DNA of 64,000 bases from Flectonema sp. DT1601 (lineage: Eukaryota): assembly GCA_964019425.1 (NCBI GenBank), contig OZ025782.1:496001-560000 (forward strand), read 5' to 3'. This document shows, piece by piece, positions 20,075 to 34,800 of the stretch. The position numbers were made by a program, and so were the translations under genes. The notes beneath the pieces were generated by a model, which was not told the origin of the DNA, ran no database searches, and worked only from the letters and a program-made list of their open reading frames with translations. Each line of letters begins with the position of its first letter. Within the stretch, counting starts at the first letter, position 1.

Positions 20075-23000
20075 GATTGCATGGTGCGCAACCCCAGCCA
20101 CAGATGCATGGTGCGCAACCCCAGCCACAAATTCAACAAGAGAGTGGTATGATGCAACAAATGATGGCACTATTATCGCAAAATCAACAATTATGTCAGA
20201 TGCAGTTGCAGCATTCATCGGAATTATTAAAAAAGAAGTCAGCAGATGTGTGTCAATTGTCACCAGAGAACATCGAATGTCTGGATTTTGATCTAGCGAC
20301 GGATGCGACTAACGTGTTACAATGGCGCGATATTTTGGCGCAGGGTGGATCAGAAAGGTTGCTGGATAAACTAGAAAACAAATACTGGTCAGTGCACAGG
20401 GGTAAATTGGCCACGAGGGAGTTAAGGGAGTTGAAGGCAGCCTTTGAAATTGTAAGAGATAATGTGAGGGTGGCAAGTACTAGATCAGCGGACTGGATTA
20501 CTTCCAAACCATTGGTTCGGAGTATGAATAAATCATTGGAGTCGTTGATTATGAAATGGGAGTACACGACGAAAAGGATTAGCTCTGACGATATTGAACG
20601 AAGGGTCAAATCAGGGATGTTGTTTGAGAAGGCAGTGAGGATGGCAGAGGTTGATGCAGAGAAAAAGCACAAGATAGAAATGAGCGGGAAAGGGTATAAG
20701 GGGAGTTGGAATCCACGGAATTTCGAGTACAGGGGAAAAGGGTTCTCGGGAAACGTTGGGGGGGCTGGCAAAGGTCACAAATGAACCGAGGTCAGCCCCG
20801 AGTTAGTAAAGCGGTTTTTAAGCCGCGATCAGGGAGGCACTTGCCAAAGAAGGTCAGTGTCAGAAGAGTTAGCTCAAGTTCCAGATCGTATTTTGGAAAT
20901 AAGGGAGAAGATTCTGCGATCAGAAGGGGCCGAGGTGTCGACGTTGATCGGCAGTCTTATGAAGAACCGAATCGAGGATCAGGTGAGGAGGGTCCAAAGA
21001 GGTCGGAACAAAGAGTTTTCAATGGACCTGAACGAGTCGCTGTTAGTTATGGAAGAGATCGCAGGAAAGATGTGGGCCCAAAGTACGATGCGAAACCGCC
21101 AGTGCTTGTGGGATCGTTTATTGATTTGGGTGGAGCGGAACGATGTTCCGGTAAACCAGGACACAGTGGCGCTGTTTGTGACAGCAACGAAAGTTTCAAA
21201 GCAGGGAATGCTGGCTTATTCAAAGGCATTCTCAGGCATGCTGAAGAGGATGGGATTGGAGAACGAAACGTTGAAGCAGTTGGCAGCGGCGTTGAGAGCG
21301 GACGGGGCTGCAGTCCCATTAGATCAAGCGGAGCCAATAGATCGGTTTACTTTAATCGCATGGGCGATGAGACAAGATGTCCAGTTGAGAGTGGGCTTGT
21401 TGATCGCTTGGAAGTCGGTAGCGAGATGGGGAGAAGTTTGGAAGTTGGGAAGGAGAAATTTCATTTTCGTTTCTGTGGAAGAGATCATTGTGGACTGGTG
21501 GGATGTTCCGAAGGGACGAAGGGAAGATCCCTTCAGGCCGTCCAGATGGGTAGTGATAAGAGGATACCTGACATCGGAGATAGCACAGGGCTTGCAAATG
21601 ATGGGAAACTTTATAGCTCTAACAAGGGTATCAACAAGAAGTCTGGATGCTTTGTGGAGAAAGGACCTGTTAATGAAGAAGTTTTCAGCCCATTCAATAA
21701 AAAGGGGATCGATTTCTCATATTATGGGTCTGATGTCAACTGGAAGCAAAATCGACGAGGTCGTCATGGGAAGACTGCTGAAGCATTCTTCGAAGAGCGA
21801 TCCCTTTTCAGGGGTAACGATTCGGTATGGAGGAGACCCGGTGAGCATGGCCCGAGCATTGAGAACGGGAGAGATAACGGTGTTGTTGTGAGAAGACATA
21901 ATATTTGTAGACGACCGAAACGATCGGTATTACCAAGATCTTTAGAAGAAAAGAATTCCCCCCTGCATGTAACGAAAATTGAACCCATGTCCATTTTATT
22001 TGTAAAGGAAAGAATGTCGCAAAAACGGCTGAAAAGATTTAATTTTGTATGGGACTTAACATTTTATCCACACAAAGTATGCCACAATACCAGTTCCACA
22101 GGTCCGCTTGATCCTCATGCTTCAACCCTTGACTTCCATTCTGATTTTGATCATGTGATGAATTTTTCGGAGAAGGTGAGTTCGTTTTCTCGACTGCATG
22201 CTGATTTACTTGTGGAGAACGGGATCGCTCAGGAGACATCACAACCGAGTGAAGTTGAGAACATTCCGTTCACTGTGGTTGAGCAGAAGGCAACTGGTCT
22301 GCGCCAGAGGTTCATTCTTTGGACGAAGGAGTCAAATGAACGTTTGGTTGATGATGGTTATGTTGCTGATGTGCCCTTGGGGCATATCTCGGAATATCTG
22401 GACTCGGTGCTTCTTGATTGTGCAAGCGGAAGGGATTTCAGGACTGGTTTTTATCAGGTCGAGATTCCTCATGATGCTCGCAAGTTCTTTAGTTTTAGAT
22501 CAGACGATGGCCAGTTTTTTGAATTGACTCGGTTACCTATGGGTCATTCATGTGCACCAGAAATTATGCACACATTAGCTGCTACCATCGCAGGTCATCC
22601 TGATTATGTGAAGCCGGACATCGCGATTCATGATGTAAGAGTAGATGTTTGGATCGATAACATTAGGTATTCTGGTCCAGCGAAGGAGGTGAAAGCTAGG
22701 ACGACTGAACTTGATGGAACAGCTATGAGGGCTTCTGCAACTTGGAAGCAGGCTGATTCTTTCGATCTCTCTGTGGAGTATGAATTTTTAGGTGTCCAGT
22801 TTAGCCATCTAAGTAAGACTGTTGTTGTTTCTAAGAGATTACAGAGCAAGATTACTTCTGTGGATTTATTTTTGGTGTCAGCCTCTGGCTTGGAATCGTT
22901 GATGGGTAGATTGATGCATGCATCGGCTGTTTCTGGTGTATCTCCTGGGAGATTCTGGTTTGCCTTGAAGTTTATTAGACGGATTATTAATAAGATTAAT

Positions 23001-24140
23001 CGAGGTATTCTTGGTCTTGACGATGCGGTGCATGTCCCTCGTTCGGTACGATTGGAATTGTCTAGGTGGATGGTTGATGCTGTTAAATTGCGAACTATTA
23101 AAAAGATACTCCATGCTTCGAAACTGTTGACTGTATTTGTGGACGCTTCCTTAGAGGGATGGGGAGGTGTTGTAGTAGAACAGTCAGGTGCCCTTACTGT
23201 TGTAGGCGACATTTGGAGGCAAGAAAAAGGACTTCACATTAATATTCTCGAGGCAAAGGCTTTGCTTAATACTTTGTTAGCGTTGGACTTGTGGGATCTA
23301 AAAGGATTTAGGCTTGATATCAGGGTAGACAATACTTCTGTTATGGGGGCAGTTAGGAAAAGACAATGCCAGAAGAACAAAATCCTGAATGATGTAGTTT
23401 TGGCAGTTTCTGATTGGCTAATTTTTAAAAAGGTAGTTTTCAGTGTCAAGTATATTAAGTCTGCGTTGAATCCTGCAGACGGTCCTTCCAGAACTTCTAT
23501 GGGCCTACTTTCATCTGATAAACTGCGATCTCAAGTCATACAAGCGGTGGGGCTGTTCTTCCGCACATAATTACACTTAATCTTAATATTTCAATATCAT
23601 TCTCTTTACTGGCGTTGGGGTGTTTCTTCTTGAGGTTCGCTATTGGTGTACCTGTTGTTTCTGGCTTGTTGCACCTCTTGCCTCGGTGTTTTTCAAAGTC
23701 TTGGGTAACCGACCTCTCGAAGATGCAACATTACCCCGACGTCAGTTGTTTGTGTTTAATCTCTTTAACATTATAATTATAATTTAGTATCCATTTATTT
23801 ATTCAGTCTTAATTACACAATATGGACGATGATGGTCATTCTCATAGTTTACTCAGGGAATGATCACCAAGTCCACTTTTGTGCCTTTTTCTTACTGTTT
23901 TTTACTTTAAATTTTTCTGGTTAAAAATACCAAAAATTGTGCCGTGACCGGGAATTGAACCCCCGACCACGGTTACGTAAGCGATTTAAGGTCGACGACC
24001 ATAACAACTCGGCTATGCAGGCTCTGGTACGTCGAAAATTATTTTATACTTATTACTTTTCTGTCCTAACGGAACGGAAAATGAAAAATGTCCTTCCTTA
24101 TCTAAAATGCACTCTGCACCTATTATGTTGGTTCAGCAGT

Positions 24141-24348
24141 GAGTTGAATTTCCAGGTGAGATTTGGACTGTTAGCTTTTGGCTAAGGCCCTCCCTGAAGA
24201 GCAAGAACAAAAAAACTACTCACACCTGAAGAAAACATACACAAAGAACACACTGTAAGCTGTGTGTGTATTTTGTGTTTGTCACAACAGGAGAGAAAAG
24301 AAAGAATGTCAAGGTTGGTCACCTTGCCTATCAACGCACAACATTGGT
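24141..24348 (-). mobile_element. 5'-truncated NA-1 (208 bp) in SDR-a2
   Basis: Splits cagcagt|ggcttatc; fixed gagttg end; gtgg microhomology at the other end. Confidence 0.9.
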
Positions 24349-26017
24349 GGCTTATCGAACTTATTAGCTCTCGTTGCACTGGTTAGCGCTGTGTTTGAGA
24401 CGTTATATTATATCGGTACACTTTTAACTAATATGTTACTTCCTTTCCTTAGCAAATTTTGCTCTTTTTGTTATTTCTCTAAAACAAAAGAATTTCCCAC
24501 CCTCCCACCCTGGGTGTTTCTTCTTGAGGTTCGCTATTGGTGTACCTGTTGTTTCTGGCTTGTTGCACCTCTTGCCTCGGTGTTTTTCAAAGTCTTGGGT
24601 AACCGACCTCTCGAAGATGCAACATTACCCCGACGTCAGTTGTTTGTGTTTAATCTCTTTAACATTATAATTATAATTTAGTATCCATTTATTTATTCAG
24701 TCTTAATTACACAATATGGACGATGATGGTCATTCCCCAGGGTTGAACCTTGGGAAAAAAACAAACAATAAACACAGTGTAGACAAACACCCGCCGGACA
24801 TCTGCAGAGCAGCGATCGATGTCGATGTCTTCGTTGTCGAACTTCCTGGCGTTTATGTTTTTGTTTTTAACAACAACACAACACCAACTAACAGGTTTGT
24901 CTCATTGCCCGTTCTTTCTTGTTTCCCTTTGCCGCCGGAAGAACGAAGGTCGACGGAGGTCCGAAGCATTGCTTGCGATGATGTTCCGGTATGTGTTGCG
25001 TCTCTGTTATTTGTTTGTTTCAACTCAATTGGTTCATCTCAGGTTTTAGAAGTCTTCGTCCTGTTCGTTGGGAAGGGCCTGAATCAAAAGTTCACTGCCC
25101 CTATTCCTCTCCCAAATTTCTTATTCAGCTTGCCACATGACTGTGTGACATTATTGCTACATTGTAGCTCCCCTACAAAAACCTTATTTTTTGCAGTTGT
25201 CTTTTGGTTGTAGCAACTTTTATTTTATGCTTTTCTAATGTCCCAAAGTTGGTTTATTTTACTTTTTTTTTTCTGCAAGGGAACAGTCCAAAGCATAAGT
25301 CCGAACAGCCCTAAGGCCAGTGAACGCACTGATTGTTAGGTATTGTATTCCAGGGAAAGTTTGGTTTGTATACTTTATTTTTATTTTATTTTATTTAATT
25401 TGTTAAAAGAAAACAGGTAACTTTACATGAGCATCGGCTCGAACGGCTCTGGCGAAGCGAGTGAACGAGTCTGATTGCTGAGTATTGTATTCTGTTTTCT
25501 TGTTCTTTTTTTAATTTATTTCAAACAGGGCAACAGGGGGAAAGTTTGGTTTGTATCCCCTGGGTGTTTAGCGTCACCTGTTGAGGTGTAATGTATTCTG
25601 TTTACTTCTATCCCTTTGTTTTTTTTTTTTTTTTTTTTTATTTCAAACAGGACAGCAGGGGGAAAGTTTGTTTCGTACCCCCCGGGTGCTTAGCGTCACC
25701 CTCCATGCGATGCTTTCGCAGGGAGAGCCAAGGGTCGAGAACCCTGGAGATTACCTTTGTTTCTTTTTGTGACTGGATTGCAGTGGCGCAACCCATCACC
25801 CCACCTGTTGGTATCTTTTTATTTTTTTTATTTAAAGAAAAAAGCAGGCTAAGTCGCCTGAGCTGGCATCGCCAGAATATTTAACTTCACATGGCAATGT
25901 CAGCTCGTGAAGGGATCCAGTTGGATCAAAGGTTTTCTCCCCCCCACTCTATTTATCGTCATTGGTGCGCACCTTCGAACAGGAAGGCCAACACTGACGG
26001 AATTTTTTACTTCTCTT

Positions 26018-27581
26018 TCATAGTTTACTCAGGGAATGATCACCAAGTCCACTTTTGTGCCTTTTTCTTACTGTTTTTTACTTTAAATTTTTCTGGTTAA
26101 AAATACCAAAAATTGTGCCGTGACCGGGAATTGAACCCCCGACCACGGTTACGTAAGCGATTTAAGGTCGACGACCATAACAACTCGGCTATGCAGGCTC
26201 TGGTACGTCGAAAATTATTTTATACTTATTACTTTTCTGTCCTAACGGAACGGAAAATGAAAAATGTCCTTCCTTATCTAAAATGCACTCTGCACCTATT
26301 ATGTTGGTTCAGCAGTGGCTTATCGAACTTATTAGCTCTCGTTGCACTGGTTAGCGCTGTGTTTGAGACGTTATATTATATCGGTACACTTTTAACTAAT
26401 ATGTTACTTCCTTTCCTTAGCAAATTTTGCTCTTTTTGTTATTTCTCTAAAACAAAAGAATGTCTACACCACCAATTGTGGAAATTCCGCATGTAGAATC
26501 TGAGATGGATTTAGATTCAATTCTGTTTGAGGATTTGAGGACGGTGAGAGCACAATCACCACGTGCCACCATCGGGGAAGCAGGGACGTTTTGGGATCCC
26601 CAATCCAAAATGTCCGAAGAGATGATGAAAAACAATTCGTTGGCCTTGATAGGAAGAGAAGCGGTGTATTGTATGAGGAAGGAAGGGGAATCAAGTTGGA
26701 ATTGGTATTGTGGCTTATTGTCAATGGTGGGTAATACGGGGAGGGTAACCTTGTCAAATTCGACAAGTCTTTTAAGGGGTGTGTATCGACACACGGGGCC
26801 GGACGAAACATTCGACTTTCCACATGCGGGCTTTGAATATGCCCATGTGATAAGCAAGGATGTGTATTGGGATGAGTGGTCCAAAAGGTTAGTTCTAGAA
26901 AATGAACAAAAGATGTTAGGCATGTGCCAAAAGGTAACTAATTTGGAATCGCAGGTGGCGTCATTGTTATCGCCACAGATGCATGGTGCGCAACCCCAGC
27001 CACAGATGCATGGTGTGCAACCCCAGCCACAGATGCATGGTGCGCAACCCCAGCCACAGATGCATGGTGCGCAACCCCAGCCACAAATTCAACAAGAGAG
27101 TGGTATGATGCAACAAATGATGGCACTATTATCGCAAAATCAACAATTATGTCAGATGCAGTTGCAGCATTCATCGGAATTATTAAAAAAGAAGTCAGCA
27201 GATGTGTGTCAATTGTCACCAGAGAACATCGAATGTCTGGATTTTGATCTAGCGACGGATGCGACTAACGTGTTACAATGGCGCGATATTTTGGCGCAGG
27301 TTGGATCAGAAAGGTTGCTGGATAAACTAGAAAACAAATACTGGTCAGTGCACAGGGGTAAATTGGCCACGAGGGAGTTAAGGGAGTTGAAGGCAGCCTT
27401 TGAAATTGTAAGAGATAATGTGAGGGTGGCAAGTACTAGATCAGCGGACTGGATTACTTCCAAACCATTGGTTCGGAGTATGAATAAATCATTGGAGTCG
27501 TTGATTATGAAATGGGAGTACACGACGAAAAGGATTAGCTCTGACGATATTGAACGAAGGGTCAAATCAGGGATGTTGTTT
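26018..27581 (+). pseudogene. Third YR copy, truncated within gag at the NA-2 junction
   Basis: gag matches up to GMLF, then NA-2 terminus at 27586. Confidence 0.9.
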
Positions 27582-27585
27582 AGCA

Positions 27586-27974
27586 GGGAAGTAACGGACT
27601 GGGAGCTTTTGGCTCCTGCCCTATTCCCGATGTAAACTTTCTTTTTATTTTTTTTTTTTTTTTAACAGGCCCAGAGGGCGACAATGACTGTTGCTGACCA
27701 AGGAATAATATTCAAATGAATTTTCGTTTCAAAGAAACGAACAGAATTAAGAGAGAGGCAGAGAAAAAAAAAAAAAAAAGAAAGAAAAGAAAAAAAAAAT
27801 ATGAAGAGGAAATAATCAAACATGAAAAAAATAAAAAAAAAAAATAAAATATAAATAAAAAACGTTGTATGAAAAAGGAAAAAAAAAAAAAAAAAAAAAA
27901 AAAAAGACCAGAAAAGGAAAGAGAAAATGAAAAGGTATAATATTATTGTGGGGATATGAGGATAGCAGGGAGAT

Positions 27975-28005
<31 letters not shown>

Positions 28006-31000
28006 ATTTATTATTTAAAAAAAAGGAAACAATCAGTTTAGCGTCTCGATCGGGACGGAAAATAGAAATTAATCGACATAGTCGATCGATAGAAAAAAAA
28101 ACAATGATAACATTGTTTATTCATTTTTTTTTTTTTTTTTTTTTTTAAATCCTTTTAATTATTTTAAAGAAAAAACAATCAGTTTAGCGTCTTGACCAGG
28201 ACGGAAAATAGAAAGTGATCGACATAGTCGATCGATAAAAAAACAATGATAACATTGTTTATTCTTTTTTTTTTTTTTTTTTAAATTCTTATTATTTATT
28301 TTTTAAAGAAAAAAAACGGAAAATAAAAATTAGTCGACAAAGTCGAACGATAAAAAAAAAAAAAAAAACAATGATAACATTGTTTATTCTTTTTTTTTTT
28401 TTTTTTTTTTTTTATATTCTTTTTTATTAATTTTGAAAAAAAAAAACAATCAGTTTAGCGTCTTGACCAGGACGGAAAATAGAAAGTAATCGACATAGTC
28501 GATCGATAAAAAAAGCAATGATAACATTGTTTAATCTTTTTTTTTTTTAATTTTTTTTTTATTTATTTTTTAAAGAAAAAAAAAACGGAAAATAGAAATT
28601 AGTCGACAAAGTCGAACGATAAAAAAACAATGATAACATTGTTTATTCTTTTTTTTTTTATTTTTTTTATATTTTTTTTTTTTTAATTAATTTTGAAAAA
28701 AAAAAACAATCAGTTTAGCGTCTTGACCAGGACGGAAAATAGAAAGCGATCGACATAGTCGATCGATAAGAAAACAATGATAACATTGTTTATTCTTTTT
28801 ATTATTTTAAATTCTTTTTATTTATTTTTTAAAGAAAAAAAAAACGGAAAATAGAAATTAGTCGACAAAGTCGAACGATAAAAAAAAACAATGATAACAT
28901 TGTTTATTCTTTTTTTTGTATTTTTTTTATATTCTTTTTTATTAATTTTGAAAAAAAAAAAAAAACAATCAGTTTAGCGTCTTGACCAGGACGGAAAATA
29001 GAAAGTGATCGACATAGTCGATCGATAAAAAAAAAAAAAAAAACAATGATAATATTGTTTATTCTTTTTTTTTTTTTTTTTTTTTTAAATTCTTTTTATT
29101 TATTTTTTAAAAAAAAAAAATGGAAAATAGAAAATAGTCAACAAAGTCGAACGATAAAAAAAAACAATGATAACATTGTTTATTCTATTTTTTTATTTTT
29201 TTTTTTTTTTCTATTCTTTTTTATTAATTTTGAAAAAAAAAAAAAACAATCAGTTTAGCGTCTTGACCAGGACGGAAAATAGAAAGTAATCGACATAGTC
29301 GATCGATAAAAAAAACAATGATAACATTGTTTATTCTTTTTTTTTTTTTTTTTTAAATTCTTTTTATTTATTTTTTAAAAAGAAAAAAAACGGAAAATAG
29401 AAATTAGTCAACAAAGTCGAACGATAAAAAAAAAAACAATGATAACATTGTTTATTCTTTTTTTTTTTATTTTTTTTATATTCTTTTTTATTAATTTTGA
29501 AAAAAAAAAACAATCAGTTTAGCGTCTTGACCAGGACGGAAAATAGAAAGTGGTCGACATAGTCGATCGATAAAAAAACAATGATAACATTGTTTATTCT
29601 TTTTTTTTTATTTTTAAAGAAAAAAAAACGGAAAATAGAAATTAGTCGACAAAGTCGAACGATAAAAAAAACAATGATAACATTGTTTATTCTTTTTTTT
29701 TTTTATTTTTTTATTATTTTTTTATTTTTTTTTATTTTTTTTTTTTATATTCTTTTTTATTAATTTTGAAAAAAAAAAAAAACAATCAGTTTAGCGTCTT
29801 GACCAGGACGGAAAATAGAAAGTAATCGACATAGTCGATCGATAAAAAAAACAATGATAACATTGTTTATTCTTTTTTTTTATTTTAAATTCTTTTTATT
29901 TATTTTTTAAAGAAAAGAAACGGAAAATAGAAATTAGTCGACAAAGTCGAACGATAAAAAAACAATGATAACATTGTTTATTCTTTTTTTTTAATTTTTT
30001 TATATTCTTTTTTATTAGTTTCGAAAAAAAAAACAATCAGTTTAGCGTCTTGACCAGGACGGAAAATAGAAAGTGATCGACATAGTCGATCGATAAAAAA
30101 ACAATGATAACATTGTTTATTCTTTTTTTTTATTTTAAATTCTTTTTATTTATTTTTTAAAGAAAAGAAACGGAAAATAGAAATTAGTCGACAAAGTCGA
30201 ACGATAAAAAAACAATGATAACATTGTTTATTCTTTTTTTTTAATTTTTTTATATTCTTTTTTATTAGTTTCGAAAAAAAAAACAATCAGTTTAGCGTCT
30301 TGACCAGGACGGAAAATAGAAAGTGATCGACATAGTCGATCGATAAAAAAACAATGATAACATTGTTTATTCTTTTTTTTATTTTAAATTCTTTTTATTT
30401 ATTTTTTAAAGAAAAGAAACGGAAAATAGAAATTAGTCGACAAAGTCGAACGATAAAAAAACAATGATAACATTGTTTATTCTTTTTTTTTTTTTTTTTT
30501 TTATTTCTTTTTATTTATTAAAAAAAAAAAACAATCAGTTTAGCGTCTTGACCAGGACGGAAAATAGAAAGTGATCGACATAGTCGATCGATAAAAAAAA
30601 CAATGATAACATTGTTTATTCTTTTTTTTTATTTTAAATTCTTTTTATTTATTTTTTAAAGAAAAGAAACGGAAAATAGAAATTAGTCGACAAAGTCGAA
30701 CGATAAAAAAACAATGATAACATTGTTTATTCTTTTTTTTTAATTTTTTTATATTCTTTTTTATTAGTTTCGAAAAAAAAAACAATCAGTTTAGCGTCTT
30801 GACCAGGACGGAAAATAGAAAGTGATCGACATAGTCGATCGATAAAAAAACAATGATAACATTGTTTATTCTTTTTTTTTATTTTAAATTCTTTTTATTT
30901 ATTTTTTAAAGAAAAGAAACGGAAAATAGAAATTAGTCGACAAAGTCGAACGATAAAAAAAACAATGATAACATTGTTTATTCTTTTTTTTTATTTTAAA

Positions 31001-31893
31001 TTCTTTTTATTTATTTTTTAAAGAAAAGAAACGGAAAATAGAAATTAGTCGACAAAGTCGAACGATAAAAAAACAATGATAACATTGTTTATTCTTTTTT
31101 TTTATTTTATTTTTATATTCTTTTTTATTAATTTTGAAAAAAAAAACAATCAGTTTAGCGTCTTGACCAGGATGGTAAATAGAAAGTAATCGACATAGTC
31201 GATCGATAAAAAAAACAATGATAACATTGTTTATTCTTTTTTTTTATTTTAAATTCTTTTTATTTATTTTTTAAAGAAAAGAAACGGAAAATAGAAATTG
31301 GTCGACAAAGTCAAACGATAAAAAAACAATGATAACATTGTTTATTCTTTTTTTTTTTTTTTTTTTTTATTTCTTTTTATTTATTAAAAAAAAAAACAAT
31401 CAGTTCAGCGTCTTGACCAGGACGGAAAATAGAAAGTGATCGACATAGTCGATCAATAAAAAAAACAATGATAACATTGTTTATTCTTTTTTTTTATTTT
31501 AAATTCTTTTTATTTATTTTTTAAAGAAAAAAAACGGAAAATAGAAATTAGTCGACAAAGTCGAACGATAAAAAAAAACAATGATAACATTGTTTATTCT
31601 TTTTTTTATTTTTTTTTTTTTTATTCTTTTTTTATTAGTTTTGAAAAAAAAAAAACAAACAGTTTAGCGTCTTGACCAGGACGGAAAATAGAAAGTAATT
31701 GACATAGTCGATCGATAAAAAAAACAATGATAACATTGTTTATTCTTTTTTTTTATTTTAAATTCTTTTTATTTATTTTTTAAAGAAAAAAACTGAAAAT
31801 AGAAATTAGTCGACAAAGTCGAACGATAAAAAAAACAATGATAACATTGTTTATTCTTTTTTTTTATTTTAAATTCTTTTTATTTATTTTTTA
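27586..31893 (-). repeat. NA-2 unit: about 450-bp unique 3' tail plus an array of 120/240-bp AT-rich satellite (about 28030-31893)
   Basis: Repeating aaacaatgataacattgttt, gatcgacatagtcgatc and cagtttagcgtcttgaccaggacgg separated by variable A/T runs. Confidence 0.92.
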
Positions 31894-34800
31894 ACAGGAG
31901 TTAAGATCACTTACATGAGTTAACACAACACAGATACGAGAGTCGCAAACTGAGGTAACACTACCAATTCAACAAAAAATAATCAGGATCGGACACAAGG
32001 AGGAGAGTTCATTCTACCTCTCATTGTCCTTGCTGGTATCTTAAGTGTCTTGGTATCTCTTGTGTGTCGGTATCTCGGAAGTGCTGGTATCTCGTTTGTG
32101 CGTTGGTATCTCTTGCGTGTTGGTATCTCTTGCACATAAAAAAAAAAAATATTGAGTTAACATGATCAGTATTATTTAACATTAAAGACAGACCGGAACT
32201 ATTTGAAAATAAAATGTAGATGGGAAACAGTGAAAATTAAAATGAATGATAAAATTAAATGAGATTTATGACATAACAGACCAGATAGAGAGTAATAAAG
32301 GGAAAAGGAAAACGGGAAGGGTTTATTCACTTAGTTAAAGTTAAGACCGATTAGTCAGTTTAAGGTCTTGACTAGGACCAACAAAAAAAAAAAAATAAAT
32401 AAATAAATAAATAACGATCAAGCTGAGCTGATCTTGTTTTTATTAAAATAAGGGGAGCGGGAGGGATGGGAGGAATAAAGGAAAAAAAAAAGAAAAGGTC
32501 GATCAATTGGGTCTGATCGTCGAGAAGAAGAAGACAATTATTTTAAAGGTCGATCGGCATAGCCGATCGTTGAGAAAAAATAACCATATATAAATACAAT
32601 CAGTTTAAATTTAAAAAAAAAAAAAAAAAAAGATTAACGATCAAGCTGAGCTGATCTTGTTTTTATTAAAATAAGGGGAGCGGGAGGGATGGAAGGAATA
32701 AAGGAAAAAAAAAAAAAGGTCGATCAATTGGATCTGATCGTCGAGAAGAAGAAAACAATTATTTTAAAAAAATGATCGGTATAGCCGATCGTTGAGAAAA
32801 GAACAGATATAAATACAATCGGTTTTGGTGATCGACGAGTGGAGCGATCACTTGACAAGAAGGAAAAAAGAAAGGACCGATTAATTGGGGCTTTGGTTGT
32901 ATTCCCAAGGCATGTTTTTTTTTTTTTTTTTTTTATTATTCATTTACATTATTTTTTTTTTTTTTTTTTAAATTAATAATCACATTTTATTCAAAAATAT
33001 TTCATATTAGAGTAAAAGAAAAAGAAAAAAAAGAGATAAGAGAAAAAAAAAAAAAAAAAAAAAAACCATTGCTGGCCCCCTCACCACTCATAGAGGATGA
33101 GGAGGCCAGTAAGGCGTCACTCAAAAACTATGCCAAGCCTTGGGAACTTGGATTGGGGTTTAGACCATTTATAATTAACAATTAACAATTAACCTGATTA
33201 ACGTTATGATCTGACGGACATAAACATATCGATAAAATAATACAAACAAAAACGAACAATAAATAATAAATAAGCTAAAAAACTAAATAAACAAAGTGAT
33301 GTGAAAGTAAGGAAAAAGAGAATTACAAGGGGGTGGAGTCACCGTGAACGTCATCAGCAGAACATCTCCTTCGATTGTAACGATATCTTGATGGAGGGGT
33401 TCGTTTTTTCAGAGTTGAACGCTCAGACTTTCTCGGCGGAGTTTCATTTTCCTCATGTTCTTCTGTGTCTGGCGGACTCAAACCTTCTGCCCATGAAGCT
33501 AATTGGAACTTCAGGGCCGCAATTTGAGACCGTGCCAAGGCGAGTTGAGCATTTAAATCGCTCGCCAGTCCCGTTAACATCATGGATTGCTCAAGCTGCT
33601 CTGCGTGAGTTGTACACCGTTGGTGATTCAGCTCCGAGAGGCGAAGTTGGGCATCCAGAAGTTGTTCTGAGAGCTCTGCCGCTTTCTCGTTTGTTTCGAG
33701 AGAGTCATCTACTGCTCGACAGTAATTCTCGAGTAAGTCAATCCTACCCTCGGACCATTGTCTCGCAATAGGTGTATTCTCTTTAACGGAGATAACGTGA
33801 CTTTCTTGTCGTAAAATCTTGGTCGGCGTGCGGTCGAGAGCTTCACTCTGCGGCATTGTCGGAGGAATTGAAGCTAGAGGACAAAGAGGGGTGATATAAT
33901 TAAGGGTAGGGATAAGGGGTTTAATAAGAGGAGTAAAAAGACTACTCGTAGTTGTAAAGAGCGAGAGGTAGTTCTTTGCTATCTTCATCATAGCAACAGA
34001 TTCATACAGAACGGGGGTTCGGGGGGAAACTTGTTGACTAAAGTGGGTCATACGGGGACGCGCGGCACGCAAACTCTCGACCTCCTGTTGAGTATAGAAA
34101 AGTCTTATTTTACTTTCTCTTTCCTCATTACATTTGGTCTCCAATTCGTTCGACAGAAGAACAAACCTTTGATGGTAATTAAAGAGCGCCATTTCCGATA
34201 GGTCTGCTCTCTGAGTCAGATTTGCGAGCTCACGTTTCCTGTAATCTTCCACTAAGTCATATTGTCGAACTAGTGCAGAAAGAGAAGTCTTCGATTCATC
34301 GCGTTCTGCTGTTAACCGTTGAATTACTCCTTCCAGAAGTTCATATTCTTTTCTATCTTTTTCAATAATTAAAACAGGGGGCGCAGGAGGAAGTGAGGAT
34401 GGATCCTGGTTGGTAGCTTTGATCTCAACAGGTAATCCATTTAGTAACTGCTTGTCTTTCTCGAGGGAGGCTGACATCGCATTAAAGTAAAATAAAAATA
34501 GAACATAAAAAATTCGTTCTTTCATTTGCTCTAATTCGTTTTCTAAAATCTGGCATTTCAAGGAAAGTTTCAGCCTTAATTTTCCTTCTTTTTTTTTGTA
34601 CAAGGGGGTTTGAGAACCCATGTCAGATTGAGTTCTTATCACTATAGCGAAATCAGCAGGAAGTGTTTGCGATCCCGTTGACATGAGTTCAGGTGGGGGA
34701 GTCTGGAAAGAGATGGAAGAAATAGAAGAGAATGACAAGGAGAGTCCAGTGAGCTCATCCTCATCTAACAAAACAGAAGGGGCCGGGGAGGAAGAACCAT

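Larger units (their letters stand above)
17035..24735 (+). mobile_element. Second full YR element copy; gag disrupted by NA-1, YR and RT/RH intact
   Basis: Identical ORFs; 2027-bp insert in gag and 208-bp insert in a2. Confidence 0.92.
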
